Position numbers and translations under genes: made by a program. Positions 1 to 7,941 of a DNA stretch of 64,000 bases are shown here, in pieces. This DNA comes from Acidimicrobiales bacterium (GTDB taxonomy: Bacteria; Actinomycetota; Acidimicrobiia; Acidimicrobiales; Aldehydirespiratoraceae). The DNA lies in NCBI GenBank assembly GCA_965117015.1, contig OZ220747.1, positions 3,086,921 through 3,150,920 of the forward strand. The letters run 5' to 3'. Under the pieces are notes generated by a model. The model was given only the letters and a program-made list of their open reading frames with translations, had not been told where the DNA came from and did no database searches. Each line of letters begins with the position of its first letter. Within the stretch, counting starts at the first letter, position 1.

Positions 1-373
1 AGTTCTCGTAGAGGCGCACCACCCTCGACGTCTCGCCGGCCGCGCTCAGCAGGCGGTCGGCGTCGTCGAGGTTCAGCGACATCGGCTTCTGCAGCGACAC
101 GTGCAGGTCGCAGCCGATGGCGAACGCGGCGATCTCGTAGTGGAGGTGGTGCGGGACGATTATCTCGACCAGGTCGACCAGGCCCGACTGGCACAATTCG
201 CGGTAGTCCTCGAAGATCGTGGCGTCAGGAAGCCCCCACTGGCGCCGCTTGGACGCCGCGTTCTCCGGCTCGGTGTCGCAGAGCGCGACGACGGCCGCAT
301 CGTCGCGCTCCCGGTACCCGAGAACGTGCAGGTCGGAGATGCGCCCGCAACCGATGATCCCGACCCGCAGCAC
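1..373 (-). CDS. Gfo/Idh/MocA family oxidoreductase, N-terminal part (3' end outside window)
   Basis: Manual reverse translation from a GTG at 373 gives VLRVGIIGCGRISDLHVLGYRERDDAAVVALCD...IIVPHHLHYEIA. This is the Rossmann GxGxxG N-terminus typical of the family. It starts 2 nt after the stop of the upstream permease gene (same operon). Confidence 0.7.
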   Translation of the reverse strand, partial: MLRVGIIGCGRISDLHVLGYRERDDAAVVALCDTEPENAASKRRQWGLPDATIFEDYRELCQSGLVDLVEIIVPHHLHYEIAAFAIGCDLHVSLQKPMSLNLDDADRLLSAAGETSRVVRLYEN

Positions 374-375
374 GC

Positions 376-1296
376 CTACTCCTTCAGGGCCCCGGACAGC
401 AGGCCCCGGACGAAGTGCTTCTGGAAGACGAAGAAGATGACGACGGTGGGGATGCTGGCGATGACCGCCAGCGAGGCCTGGGTTCCGTAGGCCACCGTGA
501 ACTGGCCCTTCACGTTGAGCAGCCCCAGCATGATGGTGGCCACGTCGTCCCGGGCGCTGGTGAACACCAGCGGGTAGAGGAAGTCGTTCCAGATGAACGT
601 GAACTGCAGAGTGGCCAGGGCGGCCAGCGCGGGCCGGGCCAGCGGCAGCATGACCCTCCAGAAGACCTCGCCCTCGTTGGCGCCGTCGATGAGGGCCGCG
701 TAGCGCAGCGAGTCGGGGATCTGCTCGAAGAAGTTCCGCATCACCAGCGTGCACACCGAGAACCCCACCGCGGAGTGGATCAGGATCATGGGCCACAGGG
801 TGTTGAGGAGGTCGAGGCTCCTGAACATGGTGAACAGGGGCACCAGCAGCACCTGGGGCGGGACGAACAGGCCCGAGACGATGATCAGCTGTATGGCGGT
901 GCCGCCTCGGGGCCTGAACTTGGCCAGGGCGTACCCGATGAGCGTGCCGCCCGCGATGGAGACGGCCACCGCCGGGATGGCCACCTGGAACGAGTTGATC
1001 AGGTAGCGGACGGTGTTGGCCGTGCTCCACACGTCGACGTAGTTGGCCAGGGTGAGGTTGCCGGTCAGTGCCCAGATGCCGCGTTGGGCGATCTCGGTGT
1101 TGGTCTTGAGCGAAGTCGCCAGCACGCCTGCCACCGGCACCAGGTACAACGCCACGAACACGGCGATCAGCACCATCCCGGCGCGCCGTCGCAGCGTGCG
1201 GCCCCGGGGGCCCGCGCCGTGTTCGGGCACGGTGCTGCCGGCGCTGCCGGCCCCTTCGGTTCTGCCGGCGGCCAGCGAGGCGGTGCTAGTCGACAT
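376..1296 (-). CDS. carbohydrate ABC transporter permease (MalG/UgpE-like)
   Basis: 306-aa ORF with multiple hydrophobic helices and a sugar-permease EAA-type loop region (RYAALIDGANEGEVFWRVMLPLARPAL). Overlaps the upstream permease gene by 11 nt. Confidence 0.85.
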   Translation of the reverse strand: MSTSTASLAAGRTEGAGSAGSTVPEHGAGPRGRTLRRRAGMVLIAVFVALYLVPVAGVLATSLKTNTEIAQRGIWALTGNLTLANYVDVWSTANTVRYLINSFQVAIPAVAVSIAGGTLIGYALAKFRPRGGTAIQLIIVSGLFVPPQVLLVPLFTMFRSLDLLNTLWPMILIHSAVGFSVCTLVMRNFFEQIPDSLRYAALIDGANEGEVFWRVMLPLARPALAALATLQFTFIWNDFLYPLVFTSARDDVATIMLGLLNVKGQFTVAYGTQASLAVIASIPTVVIFFVFQKHFVRGLLSGALKE

Positions 1297-2161
1297 AGCT
1301 GCCTCGCCTGCCCCACCAGGTCAGACCGCCGACGACGACCAGGGTCATGGCGAACAGGATCAGCGACACCGCGCTGGCCAGCCCCTGCTCGTGCTGGCGG
1401 AACAGGATGCGCCACACCAGCATGGGCATCGTCTCGGTCTCGCGGACCGGCCCGCCCTGGGTCATGGCGAACACCAGGTCGAAGTTGCGCAGCGAGTTGA
1501 TGGCGATCAGCGACAGCACCACCGTCGTGATCGGCCGCAGCAGCGGCACGATCACCCGGCGGAACACCTGGAATTGGCCGGCTCCGTCGACCCTGGCCGC
1601 CTCGACCAGCTCGCCGGGGATGGACGTGAGACCGGCCAGGTAGAGGATCATGGCCAGCACGGCCTGCTGCCACGCCCAGGCGATGAACACCGCCCACAGG
1701 GCGGTCGAGCGGTTGGCCAGCCACGCCTCCTCGAGGCTCTCGAGCCCGACCAGCCCCAGCATCTGGTTGATCAGTCCGTCGCCGGGCTGGTAGATCCAGA
1801 TCCAGACCTGGCCGACCACCACCAGGCTGATGGAGATCGGCACGAACAGCGCCGACTTCATGATGGCTGCGAAGCGGGTGTTGGCCTGCAGCATCATGGC
1901 GATCCCCAGTCCCAGCGCGGGCGGGATCAGCGCGCCGAACAGCGTCCACACCAGCGTGATGCGGATCGACTTGCGAACGTGCTCGTTGGTGAAGGCCTCG
2001 ACGAAGTTGTCGAAGCCGACCCACTGGCTGGTCTGCCCCAGGATGTTGGCGTCGGTGAAGCTGAGCCGCAGGGCCATGGCCGTGGGCACCACCACGATGG
2101 CGGTGAACAGCAGTATGGGCGGTCCCATGAAGAGAATGGCCCAGCGGGTTGTCGGCCTCAT
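1286..2161 (-). CDS. carbohydrate ABC transporter permease (MalF/UgpA-like)
   Basis: 291-aa ORF, membrane protein, with motif EAARVDGAGQFQVFRRVIVPLLRP typical of CUT1 permeases. Confidence 0.85.
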   Translation of the reverse strand: MRPTTRWAILFMGPPILLFTAIVVVPTAMALRLSFTDANILGQTSQWVGFDNFVEAFTNEHVRKSIRITLVWTLFGALIPPALGLGIAMMLQANTRFAAIMKSALFVPISISLVVVGQVWIWIYQPGDGLINQMLGLVGLESLEEAWLANRSTALWAVFIAWAWQQAVLAMILYLAGLTSIPGELVEAARVDGAGQFQVFRRVIVPLLRPITTVVLSLIAINSLRNFDLVFAMTQGGPVRETETMPMLVWRILFRQHEQGLASAVSLILFAMTLVVVGGLTWWGRRGSYVD

Positions 2162-2222
2162 CCGCCGTCTCCTAGACGATGCCTAGCGGGAAACTATCGA
2201 CCGACCGCGGACTGCGGGGCAG

Positions 2223-2266
2223 CCGGCGGTGCCGGACCCGTGGGGGACGAGGTCCGGCACCGCCGG
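2223..2266 (-). other. intercistronic stem-loop (16-bp perfect stem, 12-nt loop) between the SBP and permease genes
   Basis: CCGGCGGTGCCGGACC (2223-2238) is the exact reverse complement of GGTCCGGCACCGCCGG (2251-2266). Confidence 0.5.
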
Positions 2267-2341
2267 TGGAACCGGTTCGAGCCGGCGAGGAGGGCGGCCG
2301 GATTCCGCGGGTCGCGGCTGGCGCCCCTCCGGCTCGACGCG

Positions 2342-3616
2342 CTAGCCCGCGAAAGCGGCCTGGGCGTCGGACTGGGCGCTCGACAGGAGGTCGGCGTAGC
2401 CCGACGGGTCGTCCATGAAGGCCTGGAACATGTCCAGACCGACCTCGGCCACGGGCGGAGGTGTGGCCAGGTCGTAGTTGAACGAGTAGGAGTCGGCCTT
2501 GCCCACTTCCACCAGCGCCTTGGCCATGACCGGGTTGAGCTGCGTGGTGTCGGCGTTGGAGTTCGGCGGCAGCGCCCCCTGCTCCAGTGCCCACGTGAGC
2601 TGGTTGCCGGGATCGGCGTAGTGCTCCAGCAGCAGCATGGCGCCCTCGGCGTTGGCTGCGTCGGCCGACAGGGCCCAACCGTCGATCGGTCCCAGGGCGG
2701 CGTTCTCGACCGCGGGATCCAGCACCGGGAAGTTGAAGAAGTCGTAGTCGGTGACCGGTTCGAGGCCGATGCCGTTCCAGTAGCCGGTGATCCATGTGCC
2801 CATGAGGGTCATGGCCGCCTCACCGTTGGCGACCTGGTCGGCGGCGTCGGTCCAGGTGTAGGCGTTGGCATCGTCGACGAAGAATCCCGAGTCCACCAAG
2901 CCCTTCCAGAGTTCCATCGCCTGGACGACCTGCGGATCGGTGTACGACGCCTCGCCAGACATCAGCTTGGCCCGGTAGTCGGGCCCGGCCGTGCGCAGGA
3001 TGAGGAAGTCGAACCAGAACTGGGCCGGCCAGCGGTTCATCGAGCCGAGGGCGATGGGCTTGACCCCGCTAGCGGCTATCTGCTCGGCAGCTGCGAAGAA
3101 CTCTGGGGCGTTGGTGGGCATCGAGGTGACCCCGGCCGCCTCCATCACATGGGGGTTGTAGAAGAAGGCCACGTAGTGGAACCCGAACGGCAGCAGGTGG
3201 GGTTCGCCGCCGTGGATCCCGGCGTCGACCAGGGCCTGCGGGAAGTTGTTCCAGACGTCGGCGTTGTCGAAGACCTGGGTGATCGGCTGGAGATGGCCGT
3301 TCTCGAACACCGACTGGGTCCGGGCTCCGGCCCAGTAGGAGAACACGTCGGGCGGCTCGCCGCCGGCCAGGGCGACGAGGATCTGGTCCTTGAACGCCTC
3401 GTGCTCGATGGGGCTGACGACGGCCTCGCCGGCCTCGAACGTGGCGTTGACGTCGAGGATCCCCTGCTGGCCGAGGTCGGATCCGTAGTAGTGGGCGACT
3501 TCGACTTGGCCGGCGCCTGGGTCTTCGCTGGTGCCGCTGCACGCGGCAGCCACGAGGGCGACTATCGCGATGAGAGCGAGCGCGTAGCTACGTCGAATCT
3601 TGGTGAGTCTGGTCAT
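2342..3616 (-). CDS. sugar ABC transporter substrate-binding lipoprotein (family 1 SBP)
   Basis: ORF 2342..3688 trimmed to the internal ATG giving MTRLTKIRRSYALALIAIVALVAAACSG (signal peptide plus lipobox Cys). The body resembles extracellular solute-binding family 1. RBS-like AGAGGGG lies upstream. Confidence 0.85.
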   Translation of the reverse strand: MTRLTKIRRSYALALIAIVALVAAACSGTSEDPGAGQVEVAHYYGSDLGQQGILDVNATFEAGEAVVSPIEHEAFKDQILVALAGGEPPDVFSYWAGARTQSVFENGHLQPITQVFDNADVWNNFPQALVDAGIHGGEPHLLPFGFHYVAFFYNPHVMEAAGVTSMPTNAPEFFAAAEQIAASGVKPIALGSMNRWPAQFWFDFLILRTAGPDYRAKLMSGEASYTDPQVVQAMELWKGLVDSGFFVDDANAYTWTDAADQVANGEAAMTLMGTWITGYWNGIGLEPVTDYDFFNFPVLDPAVENAALGPIDGWALSADAANAEGAMLLLEHYADPGNQLTWALEQGALPPNSNADTTQLNPVMAKALVEVGKADSYSFNYDLATPPPVAEVGLDMFQAFMDDPSGYADLLSSAQSDAQAAFAG

Positions 3617-3635
3617 GTGTTCCCCTCTTGGAATC

Positions 3636-3666
3636 GGTCCAGGCGCGGCCTCCCCCGCGCTGGACC
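3636..3666 (-). other. hairpin in the 5' leader of the SBP gene / downstream of the aldehyde dehydrogenase gene
   Basis: GGTCCAGGCGCGG ... CCGCGCTGGACC, a 12-bp stem with one bulged G and a 6-nt loop. It ends 20 nt upstream of the SBP ATG. Confidence 0.4.
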
Positions 3667-3668
3667 GG

Positions 3669-3696
3669 ACTCTAGCAAGTGGTGCCAAATAGTCAA
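3669..3696 (-). promoter_or_regulatory. candidate promoter of the CUT1 sugar-uptake operon
   Basis: The minus strand reads TTGACT-16 nt-TAGAGT (-35 at 3691-3696, -10 at 3669-3674), just upstream of the leader hairpin. Confidence 0.35.
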
Positions 3697-3736
3697 TGCT
3701 GTTGCGAGATGATCAACCGTCTGTCGGCTCAGCTTC

Positions 3737-5191
3737 TCACGCCGGTGCGACGTTGATGTACTTGACGACGGTGAACTCGGCTACGCCCTCGGCGCCGCCC
3801 TCGCGGCCGAAGCCGCTGTGCTTGATCCCGCCGAAGGGTGCCTCGGCCAGCGCGATGGCGAAGTCGTTGATGCCGACCATGCCCACCTCGAGGCGGTCGG
3901 CCACGTCGAGGCACCGCTGCAGCGACCCGCCCAGCACGAAGCCGGCCAGCCCGAAGTCGGTGTCGTTGGCGATGCGCACCGCGTCGTCGAGGTCGTCGTA
4001 GGCGCGGATCGGTGCGATCGGCCCGAACGGCTCGGCCACCATGATCTCGGTGTCGAGGTCCACGTTGGTGAGCACGGTGGGCTCGAACCACCAGCCGGCG
4101 TCCCGTTCGATCCTCCGGCCCCCGGACTCGACGACTGCTCCGTCGCTCACCGCGGAGGCCACCAGCTGCTCCATGGCCTGAAGGCGCCGCTCGTTCTGCA
4201 AGGGGCCGAAGTCGCAGGACGGGTCGTCGCCGGGGCCCATGGCCAGCGCTTCGGTGGCGGCCACGAAGCTGGCCACGAACCGGTCGTGCAGGGCCGCAGG
4301 CACCAGGAACCGGCTGGGCGAGATGCACACCTGCCCGGCGTTGCGGAACTTGCCCCTCGCCGCGGTCTCGCCGGCCCACTCGGGGTCGGCGTCGTCGAGC
4401 ACGATCACCGGCGAGTGGCCCCCCAGCTCCAGCGACACCGACTTCAGTTGCTTGGACGCCTCCTCCATGATGTGGCTGCCCAACGGAACCGAGCCGGTGA
4501 GGGTCACCTTGCGCACCCGGGGGTCGGCGAGGATCATCTCGGAGATCATCGCCGGGTCGCCCACCAGCACGTTGACGACCCCGGCCGGGATGCCGGCGGC
4601 CTCGGCAGCCTTTGCCAGCCACAGGGCCGCGGTGGGCGTCTCCTCGGCCGGCTTGACGATGATGGTGCAGCCGGCCGCGGTGGCTGCGGCGATCTTGCGG
4701 GACGGCAGCAACGCCGGGAAGTTCGACGGAGCGAAGGCTCCCACTACTCCCACCGGCTCGCGCTGCACCAGCAGGCGCCGGCCCGCGCCCCGGGCCGGGA
4801 TCACCCGTCCGTAGATGCGGCGGGCCTCGTCGGCGCACCAGTCGAACTGGTCGGCCGCGGCCGCGACCTCGCCCTCGGCCTGGGCCAGCGGCTTGCCCTG
4901 CTCTGCGGTCACCGACGCGGCGATGTCGGCGAGATGGTCGCGGATGTAGGCGGCCGCATCCCGCAGATGCTGGGAGCGGGCCCACGGGTCGGTGTTGCGC
5001 CAGGACTGGAGAGCGCCGGCGGCGGCGTCGAGGGTCTCGGCGACCTCGGTGGGCGTGACCGTTGCGACTTCGGCCGCCGTCGATCCGTCGGCCGGATTGA
5101 CCACCGCGAGACGTGGGCCGCTGCCGCCCCAGACACCGCGGAGATAGGACGAGTCTGGCGTCACCGACCCATTCTGCCTTACCGGACTCAC
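3737..5191 (-). CDS. NAD(P)-dependent aldehyde dehydrogenase (succinate-semialdehyde dehydrogenase-like)
   Basis: 484-aa ORF with ALDH hallmarks: ELGGHSP (catalytic Glu region), GQVCISPSRF (catalytic Cys), PFGGIKHSGFGREGG. GTG start; exact start uncertain. Confidence 0.85.
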   Translation of the reverse strand: MSPVRQNGSVTPDSSYLRGVWGGSGPRLAVVNPADGSTAAEVATVTPTEVAETLDAAAGALQSWRNTDPWARSQHLRDAAAYIRDHLADIAASVTAEQGKPLAQAEGEVAAAADQFDWCADEARRIYGRVIPARGAGRRLLVQREPVGVVGAFAPSNFPALLPSRKIAAATAAGCTIIVKPAEETPTAALWLAKAAEAAGIPAGVVNVLVGDPAMISEMILADPRVRKVTLTGSVPLGSHIMEEASKQLKSVSLELGGHSPVIVLDDADPEWAGETAARGKFRNAGQVCISPSRFLVPAALHDRFVASFVAATEALAMGPGDDPSCDFGPLQNERRLQAMEQLVASAVSDGAVVESGGRRIERDAGWWFEPTVLTNVDLDTEIMVAEPFGPIAPIRAYDDLDDAVRIANDTDFGLAGFVLGGSLQRCLDVADRLEVGMVGINDFAIALAEAPFGGIKHSGFGREGGAEGVAEFTVVKYINVAPA

Positions 5192-5208
5192 AGAACGAGC
5201 GCGAGAGG

Positions 5209-5257
5209 GAACTTCAAGGAGTTAGCCACACCAGAGGTGGTTAACCCATTGAAGTTC
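5209..5257 (+). repeat. 49-nt nested-palindrome intergenic element, copy A
   Basis: GAACTTCAAGGAGTTAGCCACACCAGAGGTGGTTAACCCATTGAAGTTC. Same length and same termini as the copies at 15891-15939 and 43554-43602. Confidence 0.85.
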
Positions 5258-6083
5258 GGCCCTCGGCGTCCAGGGCCTGGGGTGCGCCGGGATCGGTGAT
5301 CCACTCGGTCCAGGATCCGTCGTACACGGCGACGTCGTCGTGACCGGCGATGGCGTAGGCCAGGGCGGTGCCGCAGGCGCCGACCCCGCCGCGGCAGTAG
5401 GCGATAGTGGGCTCGGGGGCGCACGCGCCGGCTGCGGCCAGGCGCCGGCGAGCCTCCTCGGGCTCCGCCCAGGTGCCGTCGGCGCCGGTGAACTCGATGC
5501 CGGGCGCGGTGATGCTGCCGGGGATGGCCCCGCCGTCCTGCTGGCGGGCTCCGGCCATGCGCCCGTCCACCAGGCGGGTCGAGGTGCCCAGGGCCGCGAG
5601 CACGTCCTGGTGGGTCGCGTAGAGGCTCGGGTCGTAGCGGGGGGTGAACTGCGCCCGCGGGTAGCTAGGCACCTTGTCGTCGGTGGGGCGTCCTTCGGCC
5701 TGCCATTTGGTGATGCCGCCGTCAAGCACGGCCACGCGGGTGTGTCCGTAGACCCTCAGCGCCCACCACGCCCGGGCCGCCACCGTCACGTGCTGGTCGT
5801 CGTAGGTCACCACGAAGGTGTCGTCCCCGATGCCGCGAGAGGCCATGGCGTCGGCGAAGCGTTCCGGACCGGCCAGCATCCACAAGTCGGGCCGCTCAGG
5901 ATCGGCCAGGTCGGTGTCCCAGCGGGCGTGCACCGCGCCCGGGATGTGGGCCTTGGCGTACTCATCGTCGCCGTTGCGCATGTCGAACGGGCGCAGGTAC
6001 CAGCGGCAGTCCACGATCCTCACACCCGGGTCGTCCAGGTGCTCAGCCAGCCACCGCGTCGACACCAGAGGACCTTGTGTCAT
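5241..6083 (-). CDS. sulfurtransferase with tandem rhodanese domains (thiosulfate/3-mercaptopyruvate type)
   Basis: 280-aa ORF. N-terminus LVSTRWLAEHLDDPGVRIVDCRW and active-site loop YCRGGVGAC are typical of SseA/rhodanese proteins. Confidence 0.85.
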   Translation of the reverse strand: MTQGPLVSTRWLAEHLDDPGVRIVDCRWYLRPFDMRNGDDEYAKAHIPGAVHARWDTDLADPERPDLWMLAGPERFADAMASRGIGDDTFVVTYDDQHVTVAARAWWALRVYGHTRVAVLDGGITKWQAEGRPTDDKVPSYPRAQFTPRYDPSLYATHQDVLAALGTSTRLVDGRMAGARQQDGGAIPGSITAPGIEFTGADGTWAEPEEARRRLAAAGACAPEPTIAYCRGGVGACGTALAYAIAGHDDVAVYDGSWTEWITDPGAPQALDAEGRTSMG

Positions 6084-6101
6084 GGCCAGAGCTTCGCAGA
6101 C

Positions 6102-6207
6102 GGGGCCGGGGCCGTCACGTCCGGTAGCTGCCGCGGACCGTCACGAGCCGAGGCGGGGCCGGGGCCGTCATCTCCCGAAGCAGCCGGGGACCGTCACGAG
6201 CCGACTA
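6102..6207. repeat. imperfect tandem duplication (2 x 53 nt) with CCGTCA recurring every 26-27 nt
   Basis: Copy 1 at 6102-6154 and copy 2 at 6155-6207 both begin GGGGCCGGGGCCGTCA and end GGACCGTCACGAGCCGA. Copy 2 contains the stop and last codons of the LLM oxidoreductase gene. Confidence 0.75.
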
Positions 6208-7210
6208 CGGCCGGGCGCACCTGCTCGGCCAGCAGGCGGACGCCCTCGTCGCGGTCGGGTCCGAACGTGTACCAGGCCAGGGGCAGGTCGAGACCGGCGT
6301 CGGCGAACAGCTCCAGGCCCTCAATCACGTCGTCGGGAGTGCCGGCCACGCCGAAGGTGTCCACGAGGCTGTCGCTGACCACCGCCGCTCCGGCCTGTTC
6401 ACCGCCCTCAGCGACCGCGGCCCGGACCGCGGCCACGGCATCGGGGTCGGCACCGGCCTCATCGACCACCACGCCCTCGACCCGGGCCAGGTAGTAGGCC
6501 AGCACTTCCTTGACCGCGTTGCGGGCCTCGCTGCGGTCCGGGCCGACGCTGGTCAGCACGTTGGCGCTCAGCAGCAGGTCGTCGACGTTGCGACCGGCCC
6601 GCTGCGCCCCGGCGGCCAGCCGTTCTCGGGCCCACCGGGTGTAGCCCACGCTGGTTATGGCGCCGAGCTGGACGCCGTCTGCGAACTCGCCCGAGACCTC
6701 CATCATCCGCCGGCTGACCGCGCCCACGTCCACGGGCACCGGCTCCGGCGGCGGCCGGTCCAGGCGGAGGCCCGGTGCCACTGAGAACGTCGTTGGAACG
6801 AAGTCCAGCTCCTCGCCGGCGGTGAGGCAGCGCACCGCCCGCACCGCCTCGACGGTGTTGGTCAGGGGTCGCCACCCGGGCGGGTCCATGCCGAAGCGCC
6901 TCACCGTCCACTCCGCCGCGCCAAGCCCGTACCGCAGCCGGCCCGGCCCGATGTCGGCCAGGGTGGCCGCCTCGAGGGCCAGCAGTACCGGGTTGCGGAA
7001 CACCGGGTTGGCCACCCCGATGCGCACGGTGACCCGCTGGGTGGCCTGGAGCGCGGCGGCTGCCACCGGCATCACCGAGTTGAACAGCCGGCTCTCGGGC
7101 AGCGACACCTCCTCGAAGCCGAGGCGGTCCGCGGCGGCCACCACGGCTAGCGTGTCGGCGACGGGATCCTCGTTAGACAGCGAAAGGCCCAGGCCTCGGA
7201 ACCCGTTCAT
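6194..7210 (-). CDS. LLM-class (luciferase-like) flavin/F420-dependent oxidoreductase
   Basis: ORF 6194..7267 trimmed to the ATG giving MNGFRGLGLSLSNEDP. Luciferase-like TIM-barrel sequence features are present (LGFEEVSLPESR, GLGAAEW). Confidence 0.75.
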   Translation of the reverse strand: MNGFRGLGLSLSNEDPVADTLAVVAAADRLGFEEVSLPESRLFNSVMPVAAAALQATQRVTVRIGVANPVFRNPVLLALEAATLADIGPGRLRYGLGAAEWTVRRFGMDPPGWRPLTNTVEAVRAVRCLTAGEELDFVPTTFSVAPGLRLDRPPPEPVPVDVGAVSRRMMEVSGEFADGVQLGAITSVGYTRWARERLAAGAQRAGRNVDDLLLSANVLTSVGPDRSEARNAVKEVLAYYLARVEGVVVDEAGADPDAVAAVRAAVAEGGEQAGAAVVSDSLVDTFGVAGTPDDVIEGLELFADAGLDLPLAWYTFGPDRDEGVRLLAEQVRPAVVGS

Positions 7211-7245
7211 CTTCCTCACGATCGTCACGGCGACAGGAGCTGCGA

Positions 7246-7824
7246 ATGTGGATCTCCACGATTCCATACGACGAGGCTGAGGGCGAGTTGAGAGCCCACT
7301 ACGACCGCCAGGCCCGAGCGCTGGGCGAGCCCACCGAGATGACCATGGCCGGATCGTTGCACCCCGCGCTGGTGGCGGCCCGCCTCAATCTGTACGCGGC
7401 CACCGAGAAGTGCCCGTCGCGGCTGACGCCCCATCAGCGCAACCTGATCAGCTTCGTGACGTCGGCCATCAACGGCACGATTCACTGCATGAGCCAGGTC
7501 ACGATCAAGCTGCGCCAGACCGGGCTCGACGACGAGGCCATCGCCAAGCTGGCCGCCGACCCGGACTGCTTCGAGTCACTGGGCCTGTCGCCGGCCGACG
7601 CCGCGATGGTGCGCTACGCGGTGAAGCTCACCCGCTCCCCTGCCTCGGTGACCGAGGCCGACGTTGATGAGCTGCGGGCCGCGGGGTTCGACGACCTCGA
7701 CATCATCGACGCCAACTCCCAGTGCGCTCACCTCAACTATGTGAACCGGGTGGCGATGGGGTTGGGGATCCACTCCGTCGTGGACCCTGACTTTCCTGCT
7801 TACTCGGCTCTTCCGCAGGGATAG
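7246..7824 (+). CDS. carboxymuconolactone decarboxylase / AhpD-like peroxidase-related protein
   Basis: 192-aa ORF with RBS CAGGAG upstream. Sequence (SAINGTIHCMSQV, DIIDANSQCAHLNYVNRV) resembles the AhpD-fold peroxidase-related family. Confidence 0.7.
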   Translation: MWISTIPYDEAEGELRAHYDRQARALGEPTEMTMAGSLHPALVAARLNLYAATEKCPSRLTPHQRNLISFVTSAINGTIHCMSQVTIKLRQTGLDDEAIAKLAADPDCFESLGLSPADAAMVRYAVKLTRSPASVTEADVDELRAAGFDDLDIIDANSQCAHLNYVNRVAMGLGIHSVVDPDFPAYSALPQG

Positions 7825-7870
7825 AGCGGGCTGTCCCGGCCGGCGGGTCCTGTCGCCGGGCTCCGTTCGG

Positions 7871-7896
7871 CCGACGGGGCTTCGCCCCATTGTCGG
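7871..7896. terminator. hairpin between convergent genes
   Basis: CCGAC GGGGC TTC GCCCC ATT GTCGG. No clear U-tract. Confidence 0.35.
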
Positions 7897-7941
7897 CCGC
7901 CCGGACCCGTCGCCACCCCCCGGCCTCTCGGGACGGGGGCC

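Noticed and set aside
1043-3712. Very long ORFs on the strand opposite to, or out of frame with, recognisable genes (e.g. 1043..3712 + 889 aa, 46844..48676 + 610 aa, 57652..60111 + 819 aa, 13686..14912 - 408 aa).
   Set aside because: Their translations are Arg/Gly/Pro/His/Asp-rich low-information sequence. They fully overlap ORFs with clear family signatures. Such shadow ORFs are expected in GC-rich DNA, where stop codons are rare.
5209-5257. The 49-nt elements considered as tRNA fragments, riboswitches or ordinary rho-independent terminators.
   Set aside because: They have no cloverleaf or T-loop features and are too short and symmetric for a riboswitch. They lack U-tracts, and they occur in both orientations relative to transcription.
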